Positions 39,115-50,155 of a DNA stretch of 64,000 nucleotides are shown one piece after another. Origin of the DNA: a virus (taxonomy: Duplodnaviria > Caudoviricetes). The notes beneath the pieces are model-generated. The model was given only the letters and a program-made list of their open reading frames with translations. It searched no databases and was not told the origin of the DNA. A program made the translations under genes and the position numbers. The stretch lies in IMG/VR virus record IMGVR_UViG_3300021400_000063; one strand, given 5' to 3'. Numbering within the stretch: the stretch's first letter is position 1; every line of letters starts with the position of its first letter.

Positions 39115-40917
39115 ATGTCTGACGAATTAACTAATGAAAATGAAATTGACGATGAAAACATCGATGATATTATTCCTGAAGAAGAAGTTATCGTTGAAGA
39201 ACAAACTGAAGAATCAGAAGAAACTACTGAAGAAGAATCCGTCGATATCGGTGAAGATGATGGTATAGAAGAAGGTACTTCTGAAGATACTACAAAAGCA
39301 GATCCTACTATTGAAGAAACTGTTGATATCATTGAAGATAATACAGATCAAAATACTGATGAAGATAATGGTACAGAAGAAACTGTTGAAGAGGTCGATA
39401 AAGAACAAGAAGATGAAACAGCATTGAAAAAATACAAAATAATAGAATTTTCAAATGATAACGATACTTCTGTAGCAATTATTAAAGATATTGATATCGA
39501 AAATTCTGACTCAACATCTAAACATATCAATGATTTTAAAACAAAAGCTACAGATATTGTTAATTTATATGAGTTAAATCAAGAAATTATTGATTCTGAA
39601 ACCAGCGCTATCGAAGCAGAAATTTCATCAATAAATGAACAAATTTCTTCTCAAAATGCAACATTAACTTCATTACGTGAAGAACAACAAACAGTTCAAA
39701 CATCTTATGATGAGAAACAAAATCAAATTTTAGAGTTTGAAGATTCTCATAAAACAGTTCCTGAAGATAATCCTGAAAGTGAACCATATTTTGATCCTGA
39801 TAGATTGGATTCTGAAGAATCTGAAGAATATACTGAATTAACATCAGCATTAGCTTCAATTAATTCCGAATTATTAAGAATATCTGGAGAAATAACAGAA
39901 GCTGTAAATCTTTTAGATTATTACGAATCTAATTTGGAAGCTAAACAAATTCAATTAGATACATTAAATGAAACTATTTCTCCTGATTCAGTTAATGATT
40001 CTATTCCAACTAAATATTTAAAAGAAGTAGAATCTAATACTGAATATGCTACTCCTGATATGTTCATAGAATTAATCATAGTCGGAGATGATGTTCCTGA
40101 TTTTTCTGATACCGAAGCAAATAACACACCATACTATTATATGGTAGGTACATTTGTAAATAAAGAAGTATCTGGAACTACTACAAGATGTTTGGTATTA
40201 AGCTCAATAGATCGATTTGATACATTAAAGACTGTAAATGATTTAAGAACTTATTATGATTTTGATAAGATTTATGCAATTTCCGCTACTAAAAAAGAGG
40301 AAATTAATTCATATAGAAATACTCTATCGGATAATACTATTACTGAATCTGGTAAAATCAATTTACTAAATAATTCAATTACATATATTCCTGAAACAGA
40401 ATTTTCAGAAATTACCAATTTAACAGATGATTTGGTAGTTCCTTCATTAACCATTTTAGTTAAAACTGTATCAGATGACCAATCTGGTGGTGGAGAAATT
40501 GAACAACCTGATACGCCTGTTACAGATCCTGATGCAGAAACATATGACCAATATTTAAGAGCTGGAAATATCTACATATTAAATAATATAATATTTATTA
40601 TTCCTAATAGTTCGGATAGTATTAAGAAAATTGTTTTCGTTAATGGATATTACTATTTATTAACATCATCTTGCTTAATATATAAACTTGATGAAAACTT
40701 TAAATTGATTTCTACTATCGATTTAACAAAAATTTCATCAGATATATCTAAAACAAATATTTTTAGTACTGGTAATATGTTAATAATTCAATCTGATAAA
40801 ACATATGTTACAGATTCAGAATCTATTAAAAATAACTATGGTATTCTTGATACTGATGTTACAATTGATTCTGTAAAAATAAATACAAAAACAATTGTTA
40901 AATTACTTATTAAATAA
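39115..40917 (+). CDS. Acidic coiled-coil protein, probable virion component
   Basis: 600 aa; E/D-rich N-terminus, heptad region, beta-rich C-terminus. Confidence 0.6.
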   Translation: MSDELTNENEIDDENIDDIIPEEEVIVEEQTEESEETTEEESVDIGEDDGIEEGTSEDTTKADPTIEETVDIIEDNTDQNTDEDNGTEETVEEVDKEQEDETALKKYKIIEFSNDNDTSVAIIKDIDIENSDSTSKHINDFKTKATDIVNLYELNQEIIDSETSAIEAEISSINEQISSQNATLTSLREEQQTVQTSYDEKQNQILEFEDSHKTVPEDNPESEPYFDPDRLDSEESEEYTELTSALASINSELLRISGEITEAVNLLDYYESNLEAKQIQLDTLNETISPDSVNDSIPTKYLKEVESNTEYATPDMFIELIIVGDDVPDFSDTEANNTPYYYMVGTFVNKEVSGTTTRCLVLSSIDRFDTLKTVNDLRTYYDFDKIYAISATKKEEINSYRNTLSDNTITESGKINLLNNSITYIPETEFSEITNLTDDLVVPSLTILVKTVSDDQSGGGEIEQPDTPVTDPDAETYDQYLRAGNIYILNNIIFIIPNSSDSIKKIVFVNGYYYLLTSSCLIYKLDENFKLISTIDLTKISSDISKTNIFSTGNMLIIQSDKTYVTDSESIKNNYGILDTDVTIDSVKINTKTIVKLLIK

Positions 40918-40951
40918 TATAAAGGTGGGAGAAATTCTCCCACCTTTATAT
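40917..40951. terminator. Bidirectional terminator
   Basis: TATAAAGGTGGGAGA/TCTCCCACCTTTATA. Confidence 0.85.
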
Positions 40952-40971
40952 TCTATTTTAGTAAATAGGAT

Positions 40972-43900
40972 TTAATCATATGGATCAAACGGTTCAATAC
41001 CACTTTCATCATCAGCAACACTAGTAGTTATTCCAAATTTACAAGGTTTAATATTTGAATCTATAAAGTCTTCAGTTTCTACAGGATAGATTTTTAATTC
41101 TATTCTTGCATTATCTGTATTAACTAAATAGTTCTCAACATCACCAAGTATTTCAGATACTTCATGTTTAAATCCATCAGCAATAATAGTTTGTCCTTGT
41201 TTAAGGAATCTATTATTAATAAGATTCTTAGAATTAAACTTCTGATAAATATTTTTATACAGTTGTTTAATAGAATTAGACTGATGGAATTCACGAGGTT
41301 TAGTAATCAAAGGTTTAACTACACCATCTGCTTCATTATAGAATTCATTAGGTTCGAAATACTGGAATATATGTTTTGCAATTCCGGTAATACCATCAAT
41401 AATACCGATTTCTTTGAAAACAAATTTATCCAAATTAGAATTATCTGTTTTTTCAACAAGGTTATTATATGAATCTTGATTATCAAAAATAGCTCTGAGT
41501 TCATAAAGAACATCATTTGATTCTGATTCTGGAGAACTTGTTACACCATCGAATTGTCTATCACCAAACATGTAGATGTTAGAATCATTAGAAGGTTTCA
41601 TATAAAGAATTCCATTATATTCTGCAAGTTCTATATCAGCTATAGTTTTTTCATCAAATCCGGATACACTTGTAGATTCATCACCATATGCATAATAAGG
41701 AATAAATTTATTATTTTCAAAATCATATTCAAGTATATGCATACTACGAGGAATATTAGAATCTCCATTGAAAATCACAAATAATTTACCATTTATTTCT
41801 TTTAAATAATAAGCATCTCGAATATCACTTGTAAGCCCAGATGTAGATAATTGTTTATATTCGAAATATGAGATACTTTTTACTTCATCATTAGTACCAA
41901 CACCATTTATTTTATAAATTCCGCCACTACCAAAAATATAGTTAAAATAGCGACTTATTACAAAATTACCAAAATCTGTACTAATAATTTTTTCCGATCC
42001 ATTGAATTTATCAAATAAAGGATTATCATATTTTCTAGCATAAACTACCGAAGTTGTATCCATTGAATCGTTGAGAGATGTATTAGAAATATTTGGTTCG
42101 AAACGGAAATCAATTCCATGATCATGTCTATAATCACTATTATCATTTTCCATGAATTTACGATAAGCCCATGCTCCAGAATATCTACCAATTGTAATAT
42201 CAGTATTCTGATAATCAGACATCAACATACCAGTTGCATCTGCAGGTATATATGCTGTTCCGGAAATCCAAATAGTATTAGTAGTTGTATCTTCCCAAAC
42301 TTGACTATGATTACAAGGATATTCATTAGTATATGATGACCCATCTAATAAATTAAATGTCGTTTTATATTTACATTCTTCCCATAATAACACATTGTAA
42401 ACTGATAAATAACATCTAAAAATTGTATTTTTATATGTATTATCATTTGCACAATAAAGGATAAATACACCCCTTGAAGTTTCTTGAATATCAACGATTC
42501 TAGATGTCGACATTTTCGAAATTGTTGTTAATACTGTACTTGGAAGTAATGCAACGAATTCATTTTGCTTAGGATCGTAATAGTTAAAGTTTATACCAGT
42601 TGTTGAGAAATCGAGTTCATCAAAACCAGCATCATTTCTTCTTCTTTCAAATCCATCATCACGTTTATTTCCAATAAATAAACCTGTATCAAAACTTTCT
42701 GCAAAGTTAAGATTATTTGATGTTAAATCAAATTCATGAGGAACAACTTCAAATATATCAGTTTCTTCATTATATTTAAGAATATTTTTACTATCGAAAT
42801 AGAATATACCATATTTAGTTTCGATCATTTTCTTAAATGTGTTATAAACTAATCCGTTGATAGTATATTCACATTCGTGAGCAGAACCACCTTGAACTTT
42901 AAACCATTTAGGAGATGATAAAACATCATTATTTTCATAAATGTTAGATCCGTATACACCAAACATTTTTCCAGATTTAGTAACGAATAAATAATCGAAA
43001 CAAATAAAATCTGAAATTAATGTAGTTTTGTCAGAATCGTAAATAGAGAACCAATTTGAAGAAGGTCTACCAGTTTGCTCATCTAATACAGATGTACCAA
43101 ATACCATAGTATCTTTATAAGCTACAGGTAAGCATTTCTGGTTTATTAAAGATTTTGGATCTGATATAAATATTGATGATTCAGAGTATGATTTTATCTC
43201 ATTGTCACCCATTATATATTTGAAAATAACATCGAATGGATCTAAAACATTTCCTTCAGAAACATAACATTTCTGGAAAATATTTGTAAGATAAAATTTA
43301 TGATTTATCAATAATGGTCTATCTTCAAAATATCCTAACATATCATCTCTACGATACTCTGATGAATCGACCAAATATGTATTGTTTACTGGATTATAAT
43401 AATGCCAGTTATATGTAGATGGTAATTTATTTTCATCATCTTCTATACTTGAAATGTTTGGAATGTTAGAATGTGTATTTTTAAATACAATATCTCCTAA
43501 ATTAACAAGATCGTTTCCATTATTATTTATTGGTTTAATAAATGATGGTAAACCTGTAATAACATTTATAGATCCATCTTCTTCTAAACTAAATATAGCT
43601 GAATAAGAACAGATTAATAAAATTTTATTTTCAGGAGTTAACATTGTATTAACAAATGTTGGTTTTCCATTAGCGTCGCCAAATTTAGTATATGCTAAGA
43701 AATTCAAATCTTCCAATTGTACAATGTTTCCAGAAATATGAATACAATCGTAAACAGAATCGTCAGAAGTATCATTTTTCGATGTATTTATCGTAAAGAA
43801 TACATAAGCTTCTTCTTTTCCTGTAATAGAATTAGTACGTTTAACAAAAACATTATCAAATTGTTTAATGCTATTTCTAGTAGTATTGTAAACTGGTATA

Positions 43901-46900
43901 GTTATACCTTTATCAACTGAAAGTAATAAATTTTTATCAATATCATAAATAGAAAAACTCATGAAATTTGTATCTGTAGTAGAATCTCTATTGTTTTTGA
44001 TAGCTGCGATATATGTTTTTCCTTCAATTTCTACAGAATCTATACAAATTAAAGGTATATTAGAAATTACGAATTTATTAAATGAATCATCATAAATGTA
44101 ATTAACTACATTTGTATAATCTGAAGTAGCTATAGAAATCAACAATTCTTTTTCAGTATCAATTAAATGTACACATCCAGGATCATCGATATCATAATTC
44201 AATTTACAATAAATTAACTGTAAATCGTCTGAAATCAAACCTAAGAAATAATGATCGTAACAAGGAATATTGATTACAGCAAATTTTCCTCTAGATGTTT
44301 CCCAAATACGTTTTATATCAAAACCTGCTTTAGGATATACTCTATCCCATATATCATGTCTTGTAAAATCATTTTCAAGATATGTATCATAAATGATAGT
44401 TTTATAAGTATCATCAACTTTAGCATGTAATAATATTTTATCATCATTTAAGATAAATACAGCACGTTCATCTATAACTTTAGAAAGATCAACTGATGTA
44501 GATTTAGTTGAAAGAATGTAATATTCTTCTGTATTAGGAAGAATTAATTCACCAGTTTCATTAGTCGTTATTTCAACTTTTGTAAAATATCTATTTTCAC
44601 AAATAAATACATATGAAGTTGAAACAATTGATTCTGCTACGTTGGTCATCATTTCATAATGATGTTTTGGTTCGAAATATTCAACTTTTCCTGCAGAATT
44701 TACTTCCCATTTAGTAATAGCTTCAGAAGCCTGTTCATATGTGTCGTAACTACCAACTGTATTTCTTATATAATATTTTATACCAGGAATAGGATATTTA
44801 ACAACATCAGTATCTACCTTTACGAATGTTGAAGCGTCATCTACGACATATCTGTAAGGAATAATATGTTTATTAATTAATTGTCCAACGGTTACTGTTC
44901 CTTCAAATTTTAAACTATTCCAAACACATCTTTCATGATTAAGCTTGAATAAGTTTATAACATTACCATCGATATCTTTTATTATATATGAACCTGATAC
45001 AATATCTTTTTCAATCTGTATGTTATTTTTATAAACTTCAGCATTTATATCGCTAGCTGTATATAAACTATCCAATGTTTGTTCAGTTCCATTATTATCA
45101 ATCTTACTAACAACACCACCGTTTATACAAACTTTACCGTTTTTCAAAACTTCTATTCTATATTTTTTACCAGAAGATATATTATTACTAATTCGTCCAA
45201 TTATAGTTCCATTAGGAACAATGTTAGTAACATCTGTTATTGGAGAATTTTCAGAATCAACAGGTGTAAGTTCTCTTCTAATAAATTCTTTAGAAACATC
45301 ATCGATAATTATTGCAACATTTCCTTTAGTATATGGAACAAAACATCCTATTCCATATGGAGTTTTAATAAGACAATCGTTAAATGATAATTTATTATTT
45401 ACTTGGAATTGAAATTCTGTTGATGACCAATAAGAAATTGGAGCGATAGAATTTTCTAATGGAAGAGTATTTTCAAATGTTTCGAAAGATAATGTTTTTT
45501 CATTAAATATAAAATTATTCGAACCCTGTGCAAAAATAGTGTTATTAATTTCTACAAATTTGAAAACGAAATCTTTAGAAGATTTACACAATGTTTCATA
45601 ATCTGTATATTTATTGTATCTAAATGGTTTCTGAATAATAGTATATTCATTAACATTTGATTTAGATATTACATAAATGTAAGGAACGTACAAATCTGTA
45701 ATATTATCATTAACATGTGAAATACGGATAATAAGTTTATCACTATTTTCAAAATTATAAATATCTGCTAAAACTTGTTCATTAGTAGCTGTGATATTCG
45801 AATCTCCGATGATTACATCAGGTATAAGTCTAGGATTATCCTTATTTATTTTAACAAGAACACCATTATTAGTTATACCATAAATTTCACCATTTAATTC
45901 AGTAAAATCATAGAAAATATAACCTAATTCAGGAGATACTTTTTCAACTTCTTCCAATTCATCATCTAAACAGAATAAACCACCATTAGATTTACTATAA
46001 TATAATTCATTATTTATAGCTCTAGCTGATATAACATTTGTAAGAGTTTTTACAACTGTCATTGCAGGGAAACCATCGGTGCTTTTAGATGAAGCTTCTT
46101 TAACGACAACAAGATTTGTCACAGTGCTAGATTCAGCAACATAACCAACAAAATAATTTATCTTATTATATACTACATTAAAAGGATCAATTCTTTTACT
46201 ATATTTAGGTTTTGTTAATCCATTATCTTCATCATCACATGAGTTCTTAAATGTTACTGGTAATTTACCGGCGATAAATTTTTCATATACTGGTAAAAGA
46301 TTATTCGAACCTATTTCAGTTCTTGTTTGAGCTAAATTGTAAATAGTATCTTTATAAATATAAGAGAATTTATCAGATAATAATGAACCTTTGAATTTAC
46401 CATGTTCAAATTTCTTTAATTCAGAACTATCATTATAATCAGTTGTAAGATGAGATATAGTACATTGTGGATGTCTAAATACTCTATTTTTATTTACAGA
46501 TTTGTATTTTTTAGTAACAGATATAGTTGTCTCATATCCAGGTTTTAAATTTCCCTGAGAATCATACTTATCATTCTCTTTAATAGTCTGTTCTTTAATA
46601 AGTCTGTAAATTACTTCACGATAATCTGCAATTGAAAGATTATCTCCAGATTTATGAATCAAAACATATAAATTTTCATCATTGATATCAGAAAGATTAC
46701 TTGTATTTAACAGAGTAAATCCAAAATAATTAATGAAACCGTATTTATTTGTACTAAGTGTAAATTTACTAATTGTAATATTCTTAGTAACACTTTGACT
46801 ATTTACAACTATATCAAGATTATGTGGCTTAGCTGGATTAATATCATTGAATGTATATGTATTATTAGTGTAATACATATTATATGTATCTTTAGAATTA

Positions 46901-49263
46901 TAAATAGCTGACATCTTATCAATCAATGTACAATAAAGCTTTGCTTTAAAATCAATCATTACTGTTTCATCAGTTGAATAATCTGTGTAATCGCTATCTG
47001 GATCATATTTTTCATAATCACCATTGATAAGGTCGAAATACTTATGTCTAAGTTTTTTAGAAGATGAATCATCATAATCGAAATTATGACAGAAAATATT
47101 CTGTTTTCCATCTTTTTCAGAAACAATATAAGCTTCTGTAGCCTTATTTACAACTATATCTGTGAATGTACTGTCATCAGTCCAGAATTTACATACTAAA
47201 TTTTTAGTAGTTGTAAGTTCATAAACACCCTTACCATCAAGGATATAAATATTTCCTTTAAAAGATTGATAGATGGCTTTAACATCTTGCAAATATGGTT
47301 TATCGATAAGATATAATTCATCTTCCCCTTCAACAGGTTTCATATAAAGAACAGAATCTTTATCAGAATATCCTTTAACTTCATCATTTTCTTCTACTGG
47401 AACAAAATTAAGTGCTTCGATAATATAATTATCATCGATGATTAAAAGTTTATTTTCATCAGTAATACCAAAAGTAAGTAAAGATGTAGAAACTATTTTC
47501 TTAATAACATCTGTTAATGAATATGAAATATTAGTTGTTTTATTGTATTTCTTAAGAATATCGATATGTTTAAATGTGTAGTTAGAAATATTTATCTGTA
47601 AATCTCTAACTGATAAAACAACTGTTTTCTTTCCATTAATTTCTGATTCATAATTAAGATGTATGAAAAGACCAGTTTCTGAAAGAATAAGATCCAATGA
47701 TGTACCATCATTTTTAGTATCGAAACTTTCTAATTCTTCGATATCGATCTTCTGTTCAACAGTTGCAGATTCGATAGCATCATTTGTATAAGTATTTGTA
47801 GAATTATTATATCTCAAAAACTTATAATAAATAGAACCATTTCTTGAATTTGAAACAAGAATTATTTTTCCAGGTTCAAATTCAATGAATTTATTTTTCT
47901 GAATGAAATTAATATCAGATGTACTTACATGGAATTCACCAAATATTGTAGTATTAATATTTGATGTAGAATAGTTAAACATGTAAAGACGTGAAATTTT
48001 ACGTCCGTTTAATTCAGAACCAACTTGTACAATAATTTCATTTGTACTCATCAACTGAACATCTTCGACATTTACTCCAAGATCAGTATATTCTGTAAAA
48101 TTACTTCTAGGATAAACGTAACAATGATTAGAATTGTCACCAATAAATGTGTAAGAACCTACATCTTTTACAAAGAATCCATCAGTTGTAAGTTTATCAT
48201 AAACTGTAGCATTATCCATAGAAATATTATCTATAGAGAATTTATCAATAGCTGGTATAATATAAACCTTACTATGTTCAGTATCAACGATAAATACTTT
48301 TTGCTGATTTCCCGAATAGAATACTTTATCAAATTTAACGGCTTCAATTCCAGATTTAAGAAGATTGAAATTATCAATAACCTGTTTATTTGATTCTACA
48401 TAAGTTTTCTGAAGTAAATATTTATAAGGATTGATGTTTCCAATACAAATAAGTAAATCATTTCTTGATGCTATGCGGAAATAAATATCGAAAACAGGTC
48501 CGATTTCATTTTTCAAAGAAATCTTATCTTCAATATTAGATTTCTTTACATCGATAGCATATTCATCTACAACATTACCAGTATTATCAGCATTTTCAAC
48601 AATAGCTTTAACAATGATTTCATCAGGAGCATTAACAGGATCGTGACGGATAATAAAGAAACGTCCATAGAATACTCTATTAATTTTAGTAGTAGGTTCT
48701 CTATAAACATCACCATCAACAATTTTTACAATATCTGGGAACTGAGAATAAGTAAATGCGAACTCAATAATCTTAAGATGCTCAATATCATCCATATGAA
48801 TATTAAATGCATGAACTTTATCGTCGTTATTAATATCAGTATTATTATAAAAACGAAGTGCTTGATCTTTAAAACTAATATCGATAGTTTTATTGATAAA
48901 ATCATAAGTTTTATATTTTGTTTCGGAGCGATTGTTTTTAAAAGTTGTAATAGATGGATGTGATCCAGTTCTAACTATTCCAGAATCTACTAACTGTGTT
49001 ACATCAACAGCAGTATTATCGATTTGGTTATGTACATCTTTTACATATTCTTCTACACCGTTTTCACCAACCATCTTTTGAGTTACAAAACCTAATTTTT
49101 CATTCATTTCAGCAATGAGTTCATCAAGTTTTTTATTTGTTTCATCAAGAGTAGTTTGAACGGTATTATCTGCGAATATTTTACGAGCTTTTTCAGTTAC
49201 TTCTACCTCATAATTTTTACGAACGTAGAGTAAATTGTTCTCATCAAAAGAGTTCTCATTCAT
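40972..49263 (-). CDS. Giant tail/adsorption protein with many beta-propeller-like repeats
   Basis: 2763 aa; recurring (I/M)xET(S/K)xGxF motifs; N-terminal coiled coil; SD AAGGAG. Confidence 0.65.
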   Translation of the reverse strand: MNENSFDENNLLYVRKNYEVEVTEKARKIFADNTVQTTLDETNKKLDELIAEMNEKLGFVTQKMVGENGVEEYVKDVHNQIDNTAVDVTQLVDSGIVRTGSHPSITTFKNNRSETKYKTYDFINKTIDISFKDQALRFYNNTDINNDDKVHAFNIHMDDIEHLKIIEFAFTYSQFPDIVKIVDGDVYREPTTKINRVFYGRFFIIRHDPVNAPDEIIVKAIVENADNTGNVVDEYAIDVKKSNIEDKISLKNEIGPVFDIYFRIASRNDLLICIGNINPYKYLLQKTYVESNKQVIDNFNLLKSGIEAVKFDKVFYSGNQQKVFIVDTEHSKVYIIPAIDKFSIDNISMDNATVYDKLTTDGFFVKDVGSYTFIGDNSNHCYVYPRSNFTEYTDLGVNVEDVQLMSTNEIIVQVGSELNGRKISRLYMFNYSTSNINTTIFGEFHVSTSDINFIQKNKFIEFEPGKIILVSNSRNGSIYYKFLRYNNSTNTYTNDAIESATVEQKIDIEELESFDTKNDGTSLDLILSETGLFIHLNYESEINGKKTVVLSVRDLQINISNYTFKHIDILKKYNKTTNISYSLTDVIKKIVSTSLLTFGITDENKLLIIDDNYIIEALNFVPVEENDEVKGYSDKDSVLYMKPVEGEDELYLIDKPYLQDVKAIYQSFKGNIYILDGKGVYELTTTKNLVCKFWTDDSTFTDIVVNKATEAYIVSEKDGKQNIFCHNFDYDDSSSKKLRHKYFDLINGDYEKYDPDSDYTDYSTDETVMIDFKAKLYCTLIDKMSAIYNSKDTYNMYYTNNTYTFNDINPAKPHNLDIVVNSQSVTKNITISKFTLSTNKYGFINYFGFTLLNTSNLSDINDENLYVLIHKSGDNLSIADYREVIYRLIKEQTIKENDKYDSQGNLKPGYETTISVTKKYKSVNKNRVFRHPQCTISHLTTDYNDSSELKKFEHGKFKGSLLSDKFSYIYKDTIYNLAQTRTEIGSNNLLPVYEKFIAGKLPVTFKNSCDDEDNGLTKPKYSKRIDPFNVVYNKINYFVGYVAESSTVTNLVVVKEASSKSTDGFPAMTVVKTLTNVISARAINNELYYSKSNGGLFCLDDELEEVEKVSPELGYIFYDFTELNGEIYGITNNGVLVKINKDNPRLIPDVIIGDSNITATNEQVLADIYNFENSDKLIIRISHVNDNITDLYVPYIYVISKSNVNEYTIIQKPFRYNKYTDYETLCKSSKDFVFKFVEINNTIFAQGSNNFIFNEKTLSFETFENTLPLENSIAPISYWSSTEFQFQVNNKLSFNDCLIKTPYGIGCFVPYTKGNVAIIIDDVSKEFIRRELTPVDSENSPITDVTNIVPNGTIIGRISNNISSGKKYRIEVLKNGKVCINGGVVSKIDNNGTEQTLDSLYTASDINAEVYKNNIQIEKDIVSGSYIIKDIDGNVINLFKLNHERCVWNSLKFEGTVTVGQLINKHIIPYRYVVDDASTFVKVDTDVVKYPIPGIKYYIRNTVGSYDTYEQASEAITKWEVNSAGKVEYFEPKHHYEMMTNVAESIVSTSYVFICENRYFTKVEITTNETGELILPNTEEYYILSTKSTSVDLSKVIDERAVFILNDDKILLHAKVDDTYKTIIYDTYLENDFTRHDIWDRVYPKAGFDIKRIWETSRGKFAVINIPCYDHYFLGLISDDLQLIYCKLNYDIDDPGCVHLIDTEKELLISIATSDYTNVVNYIYDDSFNKFVISNIPLICIDSVEIEGKTYIAAIKNNRDSTTDTNFMSFSIYDIDKNLLLSVDKGITIPVYNTTRNSIKQFDNVFVKRTNSITGKEEAYVFFTINTSKNDTSDDSVYDCIHISGNIVQLEDLNFLAYTKFGDANGKPTFVNTMLTPENKILLICSYSAIFSLEEDGSINVITGLPSFIKPINNNGNDLVNLGDIVFKNTHSNIPNISSIEDDENKLPSTYNWHYYNPVNNTYLVDSSEYRRDDMLGYFEDRPLLINHKFYLTNIFQKCYVSEGNVLDPFDVIFKYIMGDNEIKSYSESSIFISDPKSLINQKCLPVAYKDTMVFGTSVLDEQTGRPSSNWFSIYDSDKTTLISDFICFDYLFVTKSGKMFGVYGSNIYENNDVLSSPKWFKVQGGSAHECEYTINGLVYNTFKKMIETKYGIFYFDSKNILKYNEETDIFEVVPHEFDLTSNNLNFAESFDTGLFIGNKRDDGFERRRNDAGFDELDFSTTGINFNYYDPKQNEFVALLPSTVLTTISKMSTSRIVDIQETSRGVFILYCANDNTYKNTIFRCYLSVYNVLLWEECKYKTTFNLLDGSSYTNEYPCNHSQVWEDTTTNTIWISGTAYIPADATGMLMSDYQNTDITIGRYSGAWAYRKFMENDNSDYRHDHGIDFRFEPNISNTSLNDSMDTTSVVYARKYDNPLFDKFNGSEKIISTDFGNFVISRYFNYIFGSGGIYKINGVGTNDEVKSISYFEYKQLSTSGLTSDIRDAYYLKEINGKLFVIFNGDSNIPRSMHILEYDFENNKFIPYYAYGDESTSVSGFDEKTIADIELAEYNGILYMKPSNDSNIYMFGDRQFDGVTSSPESESNDVLYELRAIFDNQDSYNNLVEKTDNSNLDKFVFKEIGIIDGITGIAKHIFQYFEPNEFYNEADGVVKPLITKPREFHQSNSIKQLYKNIYQKFNSKNLINNRFLKQGQTIIADGFKHEVSEILGDVENYLVNTDNARIELKIYPVETEDFIDSNIKPCKFGITTSVADDESGIEPFDPYD

Positions 49264-49324
49264 AATATATACTCCTTTACATAATTATCAATGTTATATC
49301 TAAATGTCAAAACGTAATTATAAA

Positions 49325-49352
49325 AAAAGATGGCTATAAAAGCCATCTTTTT
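49325..49352 (-). terminator. Intrinsic terminator
   Basis: AAAAAGATGGCT/AGCCATCTTTTT. Confidence 0.75.
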
Positions 49353-50094
49353 ACGAAATTTTTTTCAAATACTTGATATATTCCTTCCTATCTGGAGTAT
49401 CAATAGGAATTTGATCTTCTATATATTCGTTTAATTTGTTTTGACTTTTTAACTCTTTCATATATGCTTCATGTTTATTAGGATTAGTATAAATATAAAT
49501 ATGCTCTAATTTAAATGTAACTAGTTTTGAATTTTTAAGAATCTCAAAATAAAGATATCCATCTTCATTTCTAATAAATTTATTTAAAAATGGTATAGAT
49601 TCAAATGTTTTTAAAACTGTTTTACGTTTAAATAATTTATTCCATAATCCGAGATTTGTCCAACTCATAACAGATTTAATGTTATGAATATCTCTGATAT
49701 ACATACCTTCAAAACCAAAATATCTAAAAACATATGTATTAATAATCTTATCTCCAAAATCATAACAATATTCATAAGCAGAAATATCTTCATCAATAGT
49801 AGGTAATCTTATTATATCATATAACTTATCATCTATATCTATAAACCAAATATAATCTCCAATAGCATTTAAAACTCCACTTCTTCTAGCTTCAAATGTA
49901 CCTACATTATCAAACAATTCATGACTTCGTACCAATTTATATTGTGACGAAATACTAATATCTTCAGTTTTATCATTTCTATCATCAACAAATATAACTT
50001 CTTTATTAAATGTTAATTTATTTAATTCTTTAATAATATTTGGTATTTTATCATAATCATTATCATAAAAAGGAATAATTATACTTATTAACAA
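49351..50094 (-). CDS. GT2 family glycosyltransferase
   Basis: ISIIIPFY, EVIFVDDR, GTFEARRSGVLNAIGDYIWFIDIDD, LWNKLF, RNED; TTG start with SD AAGGAG. Confidence 0.9.
   Translation of the reverse strand: MLISIIIPFYDNDYDKIPNIIKELNKLTFNKEVIFVDDRNDKTEDISISSQYKLVRSHELFDNVGTFEARRSGVLNAIGDYIWFIDIDDKLYDIIRLPTIDEDISAYEYCYDFGDKIINTYVFRYFGFEGMYIRDIHNIKSVMSWTNLGLWNKLFKRKTVLKTFESIPFLNKFIRNEDGYLYFEILKNSKLVTFKLEHIYIYTNPNKHEAYMKELKSQNKLNEYIEDQIPIDTPDRKEYIKYLKKIS
49828..50020 (-). repeat. Near-identical GT2 DNA patches, copy C (inverted relative to A and B)
   Basis: Two patches matching copy A/B, separated by an unrelated segment of about 45 nt. Confidence 0.9.
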
Positions 50095-50155
50095 TTTTAA
50101 ACTCCTTAAAAATGAGACGTACGAAATAATGAATTCGTACGTCTTTAATAATTTA

